From NCBI GenBank assembly GCA_902523065.1, contig CABYXZ010000007.1, forward strand, positions 6,802 through 70,801: a stretch of DNA of 64,000 nt. Direction: 5' to 3'. This document shows, one piece after another, positions 28,315 through 37,526 of the stretch; position 1 is the stretch's first letter; each line of letters starts with the position of its first letter. Origin of the DNA: an uncultured Marinoscillum sp. Lineage in GTDB: Bacteria; Bacteroidota; Bacteroidia; Cytophagales; MED-G16. The position numbers were made by a program, and so were the translations under genes. The notes below the pieces were generated by a model. It worked only from the letters and a program-made list of their open reading frames with translations. It was not told where the DNA came from and made no database searches.

Positions 28315-29970
28315 CTATAATTTGATCTTAATTATATCACTATCTTCAAAACCGAGCCTTGTTGATAATACATAAATATAACGTTTATTCACGATTACTG
28401 GCTCATGATATAACTTCCAGCCATCATCAAGACTAGGATCAAAATCTTCATCAGATATAATGTATCCAATGGAAGAGCCCAAAGTGCTAGATTTTACAGT
28501 GACAACATTATTACTTACAAAAACTTCAGGTTTTAAAGTTTTTGGTTGAACTCCTTTTGGCCACATAATAGATAATAAACTTTTCTCAGGTATGTCTCCT
28601 AAATCATTAATATCATTCTGCCACTTCTTTAGGGCTTGCCTATGAACTTTTATTTCTTTCCTATAATTGGGATCAGCAATAAGGTTCTTTAAGCTATAAG
28701 CATCATCTGACCGGCGGTAAAACTCTTCCTCTGTTTTAGTTTGTCTATACCAATATTTTTGATCTGAATTTAATTTATTTTCATTATAAAGCATGAGCAT
28801 CTCGTTAGTCATGTCTATGTTTTTTCTATATAATACATCTTTGTATGCGGGCCTGTCAGTATGGTAATTTTTTACATAAATAAATTCATCCGATATTACA
28901 CTTCTAACCCTGTCGTAGGTTTCATCAAACCGATCTCCAGAACCAAAAATATAGTCTCTCGGCTTCTCACTTTTTTTATCACCTAGGAAGGGTATTCCTT
29001 GGAAGTGTTCTGGAATACTTATACCAGCAAGAGATAGAATGGTCGGAGCAAAATCAACGAAAGATACTGGTTCCTCAACAAATATTTTTGATTTTACATA
29101 TGGATCTCTTATTATGAGTGGAACTTTTAAGCCTGATTCGTAGTGAGATCTTTTACCTCTCGGTAATGGTCCACCATGATCACTAAAAAAAAATATATAA
29201 GTATTATCTAATAAATTATCAGCTTTTAATTCAATTATTAGCTTACCTACCATTTGGTCTAACAATTCAATATTTGAGTAATTTCTTGCAACATCATTTC
29301 TTACTGTTTCTGTATCTGGAAAGTAAGGAGGTAAGGGTACTTTTTTAGGGTCTACAGTCAATGGCTTATCTCTGTGAAGCCACATTTTTGATTCGTGAGT
29401 AACATCAAAATTAAATACAGAAAAAAAAGGTTGATTTGCTTCTCTATTACTCCAGTGGGCATCATTACCATTCTCATCCCAAGCTGTAACAGGGGCAGCA
29501 AATTGATAGTCCGTTTTAGAGTTATTAGTACAATAATATCCGTTGGCTCTTAAATATTCAGTAAAACACTTTACACTTGGTGGAGTGACAACTGAATGTA
29601 GAGGAATAGAATCACCGTTCACATCAATAGCATTCGATATACCATCATATTCTCTCGAACCCCAACCAAATACATCTTTCCCTGTCCTCATCTGATGAGT
29701 ACCAATTGAGACAGGATACATTCCTGTTATCAGAGAAGACCTTGAAGGACTACAAACCCCAACAGTAGTAAATGACTCAGTAAATATTAAACTTTCAGAT
29801 GCTAGTTTATCTAAATTAGGAGTAATTGCAGTCGAATCTCCATACATAGACAATGTAGGACTAATATCTTCAACAGTAATCCAAAGTATATTTGGTTTTT
29901 GAGATGAGGAAATAAATGGAGTTGATAGAAAGTATATCAACAATAATTTTCTATATATAATTCTAATCAT
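28315..29970 (-). CDS. Formylglycine-dependent sulfatase
   Basis: 551 aa. NILWITVEDISP, signature CSPSRSSLITGMYP, and FFSDHGGPLPRGK. Confidence 0.88.
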   Translation of the reverse strand: MIRIIYRKLLLIYFLSTPFISSSQKPNILWITVEDISPTLSMYGDSTAITPNLDKLASESLIFTESFTTVGVCSPSRSSLITGMYPVSIGTHQMRTGKDVFGWGSREYDGISNAIDVNGDSIPLHSVVTPPSVKCFTEYLRANGYYCTNNSKTDYQFAAPVTAWDENGNDAHWSNREANQPFFSVFNFDVTHESKMWLHRDKPLTVDPKKVPLPPYFPDTETVRNDVARNYSNIELLDQMVGKLIIELKADNLLDNTYIFFFSDHGGPLPRGKRSHYESGLKVPLIIRDPYVKSKIFVEEPVSFVDFAPTILSLAGISIPEHFQGIPFLGDKKSEKPRDYIFGSGDRFDETYDRVRSVISDEFIYVKNYHTDRPAYKDVLYRKNIDMTNEMLMLYNENKLNSDQKYWYRQTKTEEEFYRRSDDAYSLKNLIADPNYRKEIKVHRQALKKWQNDINDLGDIPEKSLLSIMWPKGVQPKTLKPEVFVSNNVVTVKSSTLGSSIGYIISDEDFDPSLDDGWKLYHEPVIVNKRYIYVLSTRLGFEDSDIIKIKL

Positions 29971-29982
29971 ATAAATTATTTT

Positions 29983-30777
29983 CTAATTCTTAAGATAACC
30001 CAAAGAGGATAGAAATTTGTCAACTTCTCTACTTGTTTTAACAAAAAATTCTTGACTATTAAAAAAAGAGTGTCCCTGACCTGGATATTCTATTACATCA
30101 CAGCGTACGCCATATTCTTGAATAGTTTGTTTATACTTTTTGATCTTATTTATAGGTTCCATTTCATCTAAGGATCCATGAAATATAATTGATGGAGGAA
30201 AGTTTTTATCTAAATTATGAATAGGAGAAATATCTAAATTGTATTTACCTGATCTCCTCTTAGAAAAAGCGGAATTAGGCCCTGTGTCAACAATTGGGTT
30301 ATACAAAATTAATCCTTTGACAATGTTACTTCCCACATTCCAAAAAGTAGTAGAAAGAGCTAAAAGACCACCAGCAGAACCTCCACCAACAAATATTTTA
30401 TTTTTATCTATATTAAGTTTTTCAGCATTTAAAAGAATATAATCAATTAGGTCTTTAGCGTCATCACATGATTCAATAGCAGATGTTCCATGTAAACTCT
30501 TAATTCTATAAACGGGTGTTATAGAAATGAAATTTTTAGAGTTAAAATATTTTGCGTGTCTTCTAAATTGATTTTCATACCTTGTATTAAATCCTCCTCC
30601 ATGAAAGAGTATGACAGTGCTATACTTTTCATTTTCATTAAATGAATCTGGTTTATATAATTTAAAATCTAAAGAAATAGAATCTATTTTTTTATATATG
30701 TGTGCTGAAACATTAGACTGAGAAAATGAATTGATACAAGGTGAGAAGAAAAGGAATACAAAAACTAATTTTCCCAT
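29983..30777 (-). CDS. Alpha/beta-hydrolase carbohydrate esterase (candidate acetyl-xylan esterase)
   Basis: 264 aa. Oxyanion motif HGGGF, nucleophile elbow GGSAGG and C-terminal GQGHSF. It overlaps the upstream sulfatase gene by 13 nt. Confidence 0.7.
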   Translation of the reverse strand: MGKLVFVFLFFSPCINSFSQSNVSAHIYKKIDSISLDFKLYKPDSFNENEKYSTVILFHGGGFNTRYENQFRRHAKYFNSKNFISITPVYRIKSLHGTSAIESCDDAKDLIDYILLNAEKLNIDKNKIFVGGGSAGGLLALSTTFWNVGSNIVKGLILYNPIVDTGPNSAFSKRRSGKYNLDISPIHNLDKNFPPSIIFHGSLDEMEPINKIKKYKQTIQEYGVRCDVIEYPGQGHSFFNSQEFFVKTSREVDKFLSSLGYLKN

Positions 30778-32351
30778 ATTACACTTCTCAAGTCTTTAAT
30801 CATCCCCTCCTTAACTTTTTGGTAACTAGCATCAGAGGCATAACTTTTCGTTTCAAGTGGATCAATTTCGTAATCGTATAGCTCTTCCATTACTATCTCG
30901 TCATTATCAAAATCAGATCTATCTTCAAAATCACCAGACACCCAAGCTATATATCTATACTTTTCGTTTCTTACAGCGTATCCCATAAGAGTACAATCAT
31001 CTGGGTATCTACCAATAACACTACGCATCACGTTACATCTTCGCGGGTATTGACTTATTGCAAAGTCTCTTAAATATTCTGATTTTTTTTCAAGGATAGG
31101 AACCAATGAAATACCATCTAAATCGTCAGGTTTTGGAATTCCTGCCAAAGTGCAAACAGTAGGAAATATATCTAATAATTCAACAGGACTGTCATTAACA
31201 AATCCGCCATCTATATCTGGACTTTTAAATATTAAAGGGGTTCTTGTTGCCTCCTCAAAATTTGAGTGTTTATTCCATAGTCCATGGTCACCAAGATGCC
31301 ATCCATGATCTCCGAAAAATACAACCACTGTATTTTCATCCAATCCAGTGGACTCTAAATGGTCAAGTATCATACCAACTTGGGCATCAATAAAAGATAC
31401 AGATGCCATATATCCATGTATAAGCTCTCTTTGTTTGGCCTCATTGACAATTCCGTTTTCATCCATGCTAGGCTCAGTGTCATGATAATTTCTTAGCTCT
31501 CCTGATTGGTGATATGCCTCTGGCGGAGACCCAATTGATTTACTTTGAAATTCAGCAAGTTTTATATCATCTCTTTGATATAGATCCCAATATGTTTTTG
31601 GTGGAGTAAATGGTAAGTGAGGCTTTTGAAAACCAACTGTTAAAAAAAAGTTTTTATTGTTTCTATCAAATTCATTTAATAACTCAATAGTCTTTAGAGT
31701 CGAGGCGCCATCAGCATAAGCATCGTCAGGTACATCTAAGTTTTCAGTTAACGGTCTAAGACCAGCTGATCTCATTACGCTGTTAACTGCAAACCAACCC
31801 CTATCTGCGTTTGGGTCTGCATCGAGAGCTGCCTGTAACGAGTCCCACTTCTTATGAATTTCAGGAGATTGATAGAGATTAGCTGGCATCTTAAACCCTT
31901 CTGCATACTCAAAGTTTTCATTAGCTATAAAAGGCTTTGTCCAAGATAGGGGATCATTATTCTTTGCCCCGTGCATAACTTTACCCATACCAACAGTTTC
32001 GTAACCATTTTCCTTAAAATATTGAGGAATTGTTTTAATATCAGGTCTAATGTCTCTTAGTTTAGTTTGAAGATCCCATATCTTGGTATAGTCTGGACGT
32101 TTTCCTGTTATAAAACTCATCCTTGATGCTGTACATATTGCCTGCTGTGCATATGCCTTAGAAAATAAAACACCTTCGCTAGCTAACTTATCAATATTAG
32201 GAGAGATTATTTCGTTATATCCATAGCTCCCTAGAAGGGGTTTGAGATCATCAACTACAATAAATAAAACATTTTTCCTCTGCGACTTATTCTCATCGTT
32301 ACAACTTAAAAATATCAAGCTCAAAATCAGTATTATATACCTATTAATCAT
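30765..32351 (-). CDS. Iduronate-2-sulfatase-like sulfatase with a variant C-T-A-S-R active-site motif
   Basis: 528 aa and paralogous to the 26149-28311 product and to the N-terminus of the 32348-35827 product (VLFIVVDDLKP, KPHLPFTPPKTYWDLY, FFGDHGWHLGDHGLW). The signature reads QQAICTASRMSF, with codons TGT ACA GCA TCA AGG at 32135-32121. Confidence 0.85.
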   Translation of the reverse strand: MINRYIILILSLIFLSCNDENKSQRKNVLFIVVDDLKPLLGSYGYNEIISPNIDKLASEGVLFSKAYAQQAICTASRMSFITGKRPDYTKIWDLQTKLRDIRPDIKTIPQYFKENGYETVGMGKVMHGAKNNDPLSWTKPFIANENFEYAEGFKMPANLYQSPEIHKKWDSLQAALDADPNADRGWFAVNSVMRSAGLRPLTENLDVPDDAYADGASTLKTIELLNEFDRNNKNFFLTVGFQKPHLPFTPPKTYWDLYQRDDIKLAEFQSKSIGSPPEAYHQSGELRNYHDTEPSMDENGIVNEAKQRELIHGYMASVSFIDAQVGMILDHLESTGLDENTVVVFFGDHGWHLGDHGLWNKHSNFEEATRTPLIFKSPDIDGGFVNDSPVELLDIFPTVCTLAGIPKPDDLDGISLVPILEKKSEYLRDFAISQYPRRCNVMRSVIGRYPDDCTLMGYAVRNEKYRYIAWVSGDFEDRSDFDNDEIVMEELYDYEIDPLETKSYASDASYQKVKEGMIKDLRSVIWEN

Positions 32352-35300
32352 AAATCAGAATTTGTTTCCTCTAAAATATTTTTCATCTTATAATATGCCA
32401 ATTTAGGATTACCAGCTAGATCAAAAATAAATCTAGACTTGTCGGTATGAATGCCAACTCTATCAACTATCCCCCACGTATTAAAAGTGACTAATCCGTT
32501 ATTTTTTTTTGATAATAGAGTTTTTAAAACATCTGAATATGCCTTTGCTTGTATTTCTTGTTTTTGTTTTGTCACCTCACCGAAAATTTTATAATCCATT
32601 TCAGTTATATGAAACTCTAAATTGTTTTGATGAGACCAGTCTATAAGATCTGATAAATATTGAATTTCATTCTCACCGTATTTCATCCTACTAGATAGAT
32701 GTGCCTGCCATCCAATACCGTCTACCCTAAGACCTTTATCTTTCAGATACATAATAGTCTCTTTCACTCTCTCCCACATGACTTCTTCCATTCCACCATG
32801 CTGGTTGAATACCAAATTTATATTTGGAGCATACTTTTGGGCAATTTCAAAAGATCTTGAAATATAAATTGGAGTGCTATTTTTATCGTTGTCTGAGCCA
32901 ATAATTGTCCAAGGGTTTTCCCACTCAGTCACTCCTTTCTTTGGACCGAACCATTCACCATCTCTTGTAATTGTCTCATTAACTACGTCCATCCACTTTA
33001 CGTTAGGATGATTATTAAATCTTTTACATTGTTCTATAAGAAACTCGTTCATTATATTTTCTAGCTCTACAGGTTTTCTGTCATCGTGCTTTGCCCATCT
33101 TGAAGACTGAGGACTAATTGGTCCATGAAGCCTAACGCTGAGGTCATTCTCTTTAGCCATATCAAGAATAGCATCAATTTTAGTCCAATCCCATGTATCT
33201 GGATCAGGATGAACAACAGATTGTTTAACGGCATTTTCAGGAACAGTCATGTTAAAATTATTTGCTAAAATTTTTTCTACGTCCGTATCTAACTGACCAG
33301 ATGAAATTGTTGCACCAAAATAAAAGTTGTCATAATTTTTTTCCGTCAAAATTTCACGGATAGGTTTTTCCTCTGAAACTAATTGAGTTCCTAACTCAAT
33401 CACTGATAGGTCATCAAACCAAGTTCTTCCTGTACCACCATCAACGTACTTTAACAAAGCAATTCGAGCAGATGTGTTTTCAGGACCAGTTTTAAATGTG
33501 GCGGTCACCTCTCCATATTCCGATTTATTATATCTTCTTGTAATATCTTTACCACCATAAAATCTGACTTTCAGAAGTCCAGCTTCATTGTTTTCTGATT
33601 TAATATATGCACTTACTTTATATGTTGTATTTGGTTTTAGACCACTTAATTTCTGAAAAACACCACATTTGGTTCCCTCAAACATAAGAGCACTATTTCC
33701 AGATCTTGAATTATTATTTACTGCATTAATTGGGCATCCTTTTCCTTTATTCCATCCTTTGGTTCCATTCTCAAAACCAGAATTATTTAATAAGTTTTTG
33801 GTAGTCGAGGAATTATTATTCTTTGCTATAGAATTATATCCAACCTCAACTACAGACAAATCATCAAACCAACTTCTTCCAGTTGCTCCTGCTACATATT
33901 TTAATAATGCGATTCGAGCTGAAGTGTTTTCTGGACCCGTTTTAAATGTGACGGTTACCTCTCCATATTCTGATTTATTATATCTCCGTGTAATATCCTC
34001 ACCGCCAAAGAATCTAACTTTAAGAAGGACAGCTTCATTATTCTCGGACTTCATATATGCAGTAACCTTATATTCGGTATTTGGTTTTAAACCGTTTATA
34101 TTTTGAAATACACCACATCTAGTTCCCTCAAACCTTAGAGCACTTTCACCAGACCTTGCATTATTGTTAACAGAATAAATGGGACACCCCTTGTTCTCAT
34201 TCCATCCCTGTGTTCCATTTTCAAAACCAGGATTTTTTAAAAGGTTAATTGAAGAATTTACATTATTAGAATTATTGCTTTCTTTTGATCTTTCAATTTT
34301 TTGAGTCGCTTTAAATTTGTTTTTTTCATTCGACTGCTTCTCAAAAAAATTATTTAAAGAAGATTGAAACTCTTCAGCTAGTGCTCTTTCTATACCTACT
34401 ATGTTAACTGTTTCATCTGGATCAGATTTATAATCATATAATTCTTTTATTATAATATCCTGTTCATTTATAGAGTATCTGTTCTTATACCATGCAACAT
34501 ATCTATACCTATCATTTCTTAATGCGTATCCCATCACATTTCCTCTAGGATACTGACTAATTGCATAATCCTTAACTTTTGATTTACCATTTAATAATGT
34601 TACTAAACTTTTTCCCTGTAAATGATCCGGTGATTTTAGGCCTGATAATTCTACCAGAGTAGGAAAGACATCGATAAATTCTGTTGGAGAAGAATTAAAA
34701 TTATTTTTTTTAGTTTCAGGGTCAACAATTATTAAGGGTGATCTTGTCGCCTGTTCAAAGTTTGAATGTTTAGCCCACTGTCCATGGTCTCCTAGGTGCC
34801 AACCATGATCTCCCCACAAAACAATAGTTGTATTTTCAAGTAAATTATTTTCTTTGACTGCTTTGAGAATTTTACCAACCTGAGCATCAATGTAAGAGAC
34901 ACATGCGTAATAACCGTGAATCAGCTCCCTTTGTTTATCTGTATTTATAAGTCCGTTTTGGTCAAAAGATTCTGGGATATCAGTATACGATCTCATCTCT
35001 CCATTATTATTATATACCAACTTAACAGTTCCTCTAGCCCACTTCTGATATCCAGCTAACCGAACTTGACTTCTGTCATACATATCCCAATATTTTTTGG
35101 GAGCAACAAACGGCAAGTGAGGTTTTTGAAAACCAACCGCAATAAAAAATGGTTCATTGTTATCTGCAAGTTTATTAATTTGATTAACAGCTTCAAGTGC
35201 TAAGGCACCATCAAAATAACCATCATCTGAAATATCAAAAGATTCGGTAGACGGTTTGTATTTACTTCTTAGATACTGCCACATCTCTCTATTTGGGATT

Positions 35301-35827
35301 CCATCAGCCAATGCTTGATCTCTTAACTGAGAAAGAATCCTTTTATTTTCAGTAGACTGAAATCCAGTAATATTATTCCCGTGCACTGGATGATCAACAT
35401 TTACTCTAATGTAAGGAACTGACCAAGATGGTTTATCCAAACCCTTATCAACACTTCTGTTGTCAAATATTTTACCCATACCAACAGTTTTATAACCGTT
35501 ATTTTTAAAGTGTTGAGGTAAGGTTAAAATATTAGGGTTTCTATCCCTCATCTGAGTTTCAAGATCCCAGACTTCAGTTAAATCAGGTCTTAGACCAGTC
35601 AATAAGCTTACTCTTGATGGAGCACAAATAGCCTGCTGAACATGAGCATTTGTAAATGTTGTACCTAATGAAGCCAACTCATCAATATTTGGAGTTTTTG
35701 CAAAGGAATCGCCATAGACTCCTAATGATGGCTTGAGATCATCAACGGCAATAAATAATATGTTCTTCTTTGAGTGTGATGTAATAGAGATAAATAAGAA
35801 TAAAAAAACGAGATAGATATTTTTCAT
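32348..35827 (-). CDS. Multidomain fusion: iduronate-2-sulfatase-like sulfatase, 2 x CBM4/9/22-like modules, and a divergent GH10-like glycoside hydrolase
   Basis: 1159 aa with a signal peptide. The sulfatase domain covers roughly aa 20-480 (NILFIAVDDLKP, QQAICAPSRVSLLTGLRPD, LWGDHGWHLGDHGQW). An Asn/Ser-rich linker follows. Two 135-aa repeats begin at aa 529 and aa 679 and start LLxNxGFENGTxGW. The C-terminal domain of about 330 aa carries FNMTVPENAVK, MDVVNETI, GIGWQAHL and HITEMDY. It overlaps the next gene by 4 nt. Confidence 0.85.
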   Translation of the reverse strand: MKNIYLVFLFLFISITSHSKKNILFIAVDDLKPSLGVYGDSFAKTPNIDELASLGTTFTNAHVQQAICAPSRVSLLTGLRPDLTEVWDLETQMRDRNPNILTLPQHFKNNGYKTVGMGKIFDNRSVDKGLDKPSWSVPYIRVNVDHPVHGNNITGFQSTENKRILSQLRDQALADGIPNREMWQYLRSKYKPSTESFDISDDGYFDGALALEAVNQINKLADNNEPFFIAVGFQKPHLPFVAPKKYWDMYDRSQVRLAGYQKWARGTVKLVYNNNGEMRSYTDIPESFDQNGLINTDKQRELIHGYYACVSYIDAQVGKILKAVKENNLLENTTIVLWGDHGWHLGDHGQWAKHSNFEQATRSPLIIVDPETKKNNFNSSPTEFIDVFPTLVELSGLKSPDHLQGKSLVTLLNGKSKVKDYAISQYPRGNVMGYALRNDRYRYVAWYKNRYSINEQDIIIKELYDYKSDPDETVNIVGIERALAEEFQSSLNNFFEKQSNEKNKFKATQKIERSKESNNSNNVNSSINLLKNPGFENGTQGWNENKGCPIYSVNNNARSGESALRFEGTRCGVFQNINGLKPNTEYKVTAYMKSENNEAVLLKVRFFGGEDITRRYNKSEYGEVTVTFKTGPENTSARIALLKYVAGATGRSWFDDLSVVEVGYNSIAKNNNSSTTKNLLNNSGFENGTKGWNKGKGCPINAVNNNSRSGNSALMFEGTKCGVFQKLSGLKPNTTYKVSAYIKSENNEAGLLKVRFYGGKDITRRYNKSEYGEVTATFKTGPENTSARIALLKYVDGGTGRTWFDDLSVIELGTQLVSEEKPIREILTEKNYDNFYFGATISSGQLDTDVEKILANNFNMTVPENAVKQSVVHPDPDTWDWTKIDAILDMAKENDLSVRLHGPISPQSSRWAKHDDRKPVELENIMNEFLIEQCKRFNNHPNVKWMDVVNETITRDGEWFGPKKGVTEWENPWTIIGSDNDKNSTPIYISRSFEIAQKYAPNINLVFNQHGGMEEVMWERVKETIMYLKDKGLRVDGIGWQAHLSSRMKYGENEIQYLSDLIDWSHQNNLEFHITEMDYKIFGEVTKQKQEIQAKAYSDVLKTLLSKKNNGLVTFNTWGIVDRVGIHTDKSRFIFDLAGNPKLAYYKMKNILEETNSDL
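33389..34243 (-). repeat. Tandem in-frame duplication (2 x 405 nt, period 450 nt) encoding the two CBM-like modules
   Basis: Unit 1 is 33839-34243 and unit 2 is 33389-33793, separated by 45 nt. As a landmark, tcatcaaacc occurs at 33411 and 33861. By hand count about 109 of 135 encoded residues are identical. Confidence 0.85.
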
Positions 35828-35884
35828 CTATAAGTAAAGAAATAAATTGGTTAACTAAAGTAATTTAAACTTAAGAAATTATCC

Positions 35885-37516
35885 TTATTCTTCTTCAGCA
35901 GTATAAACGTCAGGCTGTTCTATTCTCACATCATTTATAACCCACTGCCCGTTCTGCTTACCTGTCTGAGAATCTTTTCTTCTCATTCTCCAATTTAAAT
36001 AAACCTTATCACCAGTGATAGTGTTTAAGTTAATCGACTTGGTATATTTCTGAGCAGGACCGCTTCCAGCATTCCAATTAGCACCTAACCAATCAGCACC
36101 CTCTAAGCCTAATCCAGTGAAAGGAACCCATTCAGTATCATTCCAGGTACCTGAAGATATATTAGTAGTGTCCTCACCATAATAAAATGCTCTATCGTAC
36201 TTATTCATATATGCTGGTCCATATCCAATCACTTCACCAAATACAACAGTTGTTGGTTTTGTTTTATCAATAGAAGATAAGTCTACCACTCTTACAACTG
36301 ATTCGTCTGAGTCACCGACATATGCACCACCCATCCATCTTCTCATGCTACTCCACTTACCAGCAACAGCCTTCATTTTCTTCCACGTACTACCATCACC
36401 AACTGTACCAGCAATCACGTAAGAGCTCCAGCCCTCAACTGAACTTGGTGGAGCGGAATCTCCAGGACCATTGATTAAATCTTCAAAAACTACAGCAGAT
36501 CTATTCTCTACCTTTATTGTTAAAACTTCAGGAAAATCAAGAGAAATTCCACCAGCATTAGTAGGAGTTAATCCAATTTTATAATCTCCCTCAGGAAGAT
36601 TAGCGTCAGCAGCAATAGTTATTTCGCCTGCTGAACCCATACTAAAAAAATTCTTGAAATTATCTAACGCCGCAGGTAATATAATTTCCCAAGATGCAGC
36701 TGTCATATCACTAAGAACAGGGGGGTAACTTGTGTATGCCGTGTAAGGAGATAATGTTACTCTAGTTAAAGCAGTTGCACCATCTAACTGCAATAAACTT
36801 AGTGTTGGAGAAGGTCCAACATTTATTGTTAATAGATCTGTTGCCACAACAGCTCCGAGGTTGCTACCTACTTGTACAGATAACTTAACTGAGCCTGAGT
36901 TTGCAGCCTTTACTTTTGAGATGACACCTGATTTTTCGTTAATAGTATATGTGTCTGGAGCATCAATCAACTGATATGTCACCATGTTAACAACACCTGA
37001 GCCAGATAAATCAGTTATAGAGGCAGTTGCAATCTCTCCAATTTGAAGTGAACCTACATCAACACTTGCGTTATCAATATTTATTTGTATTGGGACTGGT
37101 AAAACTTTCATTGTAACTGCGTCAGTGTAATTAGCAACTCCACCTGCATTATCAACTGAAACTGATATCATATAATTTCCTTCAGAAAGACCTCCCGATG
37201 AATTGTCGTAAGATATAACACCTGATGGTTTATCAATTGAAAATTTAGAGTTATCGTAAGAACTCTCTGCAGGAGCCTTAACTGTATCAATTTTAAAAAC
37301 AATTCCAGTCTTAATACTGTTGTCTACACTTGGTGTATCAGTAGATATAACGTCTAGCAATGGATAAACATCTACATCAGAGTAGGTGATTTTACCGTCA
37401 TTATCAGAAAGTGAACCAGGAGTAAACTCCACAAAATCTAATTCAACTCTTTCCTCACATGAAAGTATGAATAAAGAAAATATTAAAAACTTAAAACTAT
37501 TTATGATGTATCTCAT
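35885..37516 (-). CDS. PUL-encoded surface lipoprotein, candidate surface glycan-binding protein (Ig-like repeats plus a C-terminal beta-sandwich)
   Basis: The start MRYIINSFKFLIFSLFILSC at 37516 gives a lipobox, whereas the track start at 37537 would overlap susD. It has repeated xSGVISxx / AGEITI motifs and lies immediately downstream of susD, as SusE/F-like SGBPs do. There is no recognisable catalytic motif. Confidence 0.5.
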   Translation of the reverse strand: MRYIINSFKFLIFSLFILSCEERVELDFVEFTPGSLSDNDGKITYSDVDVYPLLDVISTDTPSVDNSIKTGIVFKIDTVKAPAESSYDNSKFSIDKPSGVISYDNSSGGLSEGNYMISVSVDNAGGVANYTDAVTMKVLPVPIQINIDNASVDVGSLQIGEIATASITDLSGSGVVNMVTYQLIDAPDTYTINEKSGVISKVKAANSGSVKLSVQVGSNLGAVVATDLLTINVGPSPTLSLLQLDGATALTRVTLSPYTAYTSYPPVLSDMTAASWEIILPAALDNFKNFFSMGSAGEITIAADANLPEGDYKIGLTPTNAGGISLDFPEVLTIKVENRSAVVFEDLINGPGDSAPPSSVEGWSSYVIAGTVGDGSTWKKMKAVAGKWSSMRRWMGGAYVGDSDESVVRVVDLSSIDKTKPTTVVFGEVIGYGPAYMNKYDRAFYYGEDTTNISSGTWNDTEWVPFTGLGLEGADWLGANWNAGSGPAQKYTKSINLNTITGDKVYLNWRMRRKDSQTGKQNGQWVINDVRIEQPDVYTAEEE

Positions 37517-37526
37517 ATTTATCAAT

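Noticed and set aside
33669-34106. 145-aa plus-strand ORF across the CBM repeat region
   Set aside because: It is antisense to the 1159-aa fusion gene. It stays open only because the tandem repeat lacks stop codons in that frame.
33389-34243. The tandem repeat considered as a diversity-generating retroelement template/variable pair
   Set aside because: No reverse transcriptase is nearby. Both copies are in frame within one protein, and the differences are not restricted to adenine positions.
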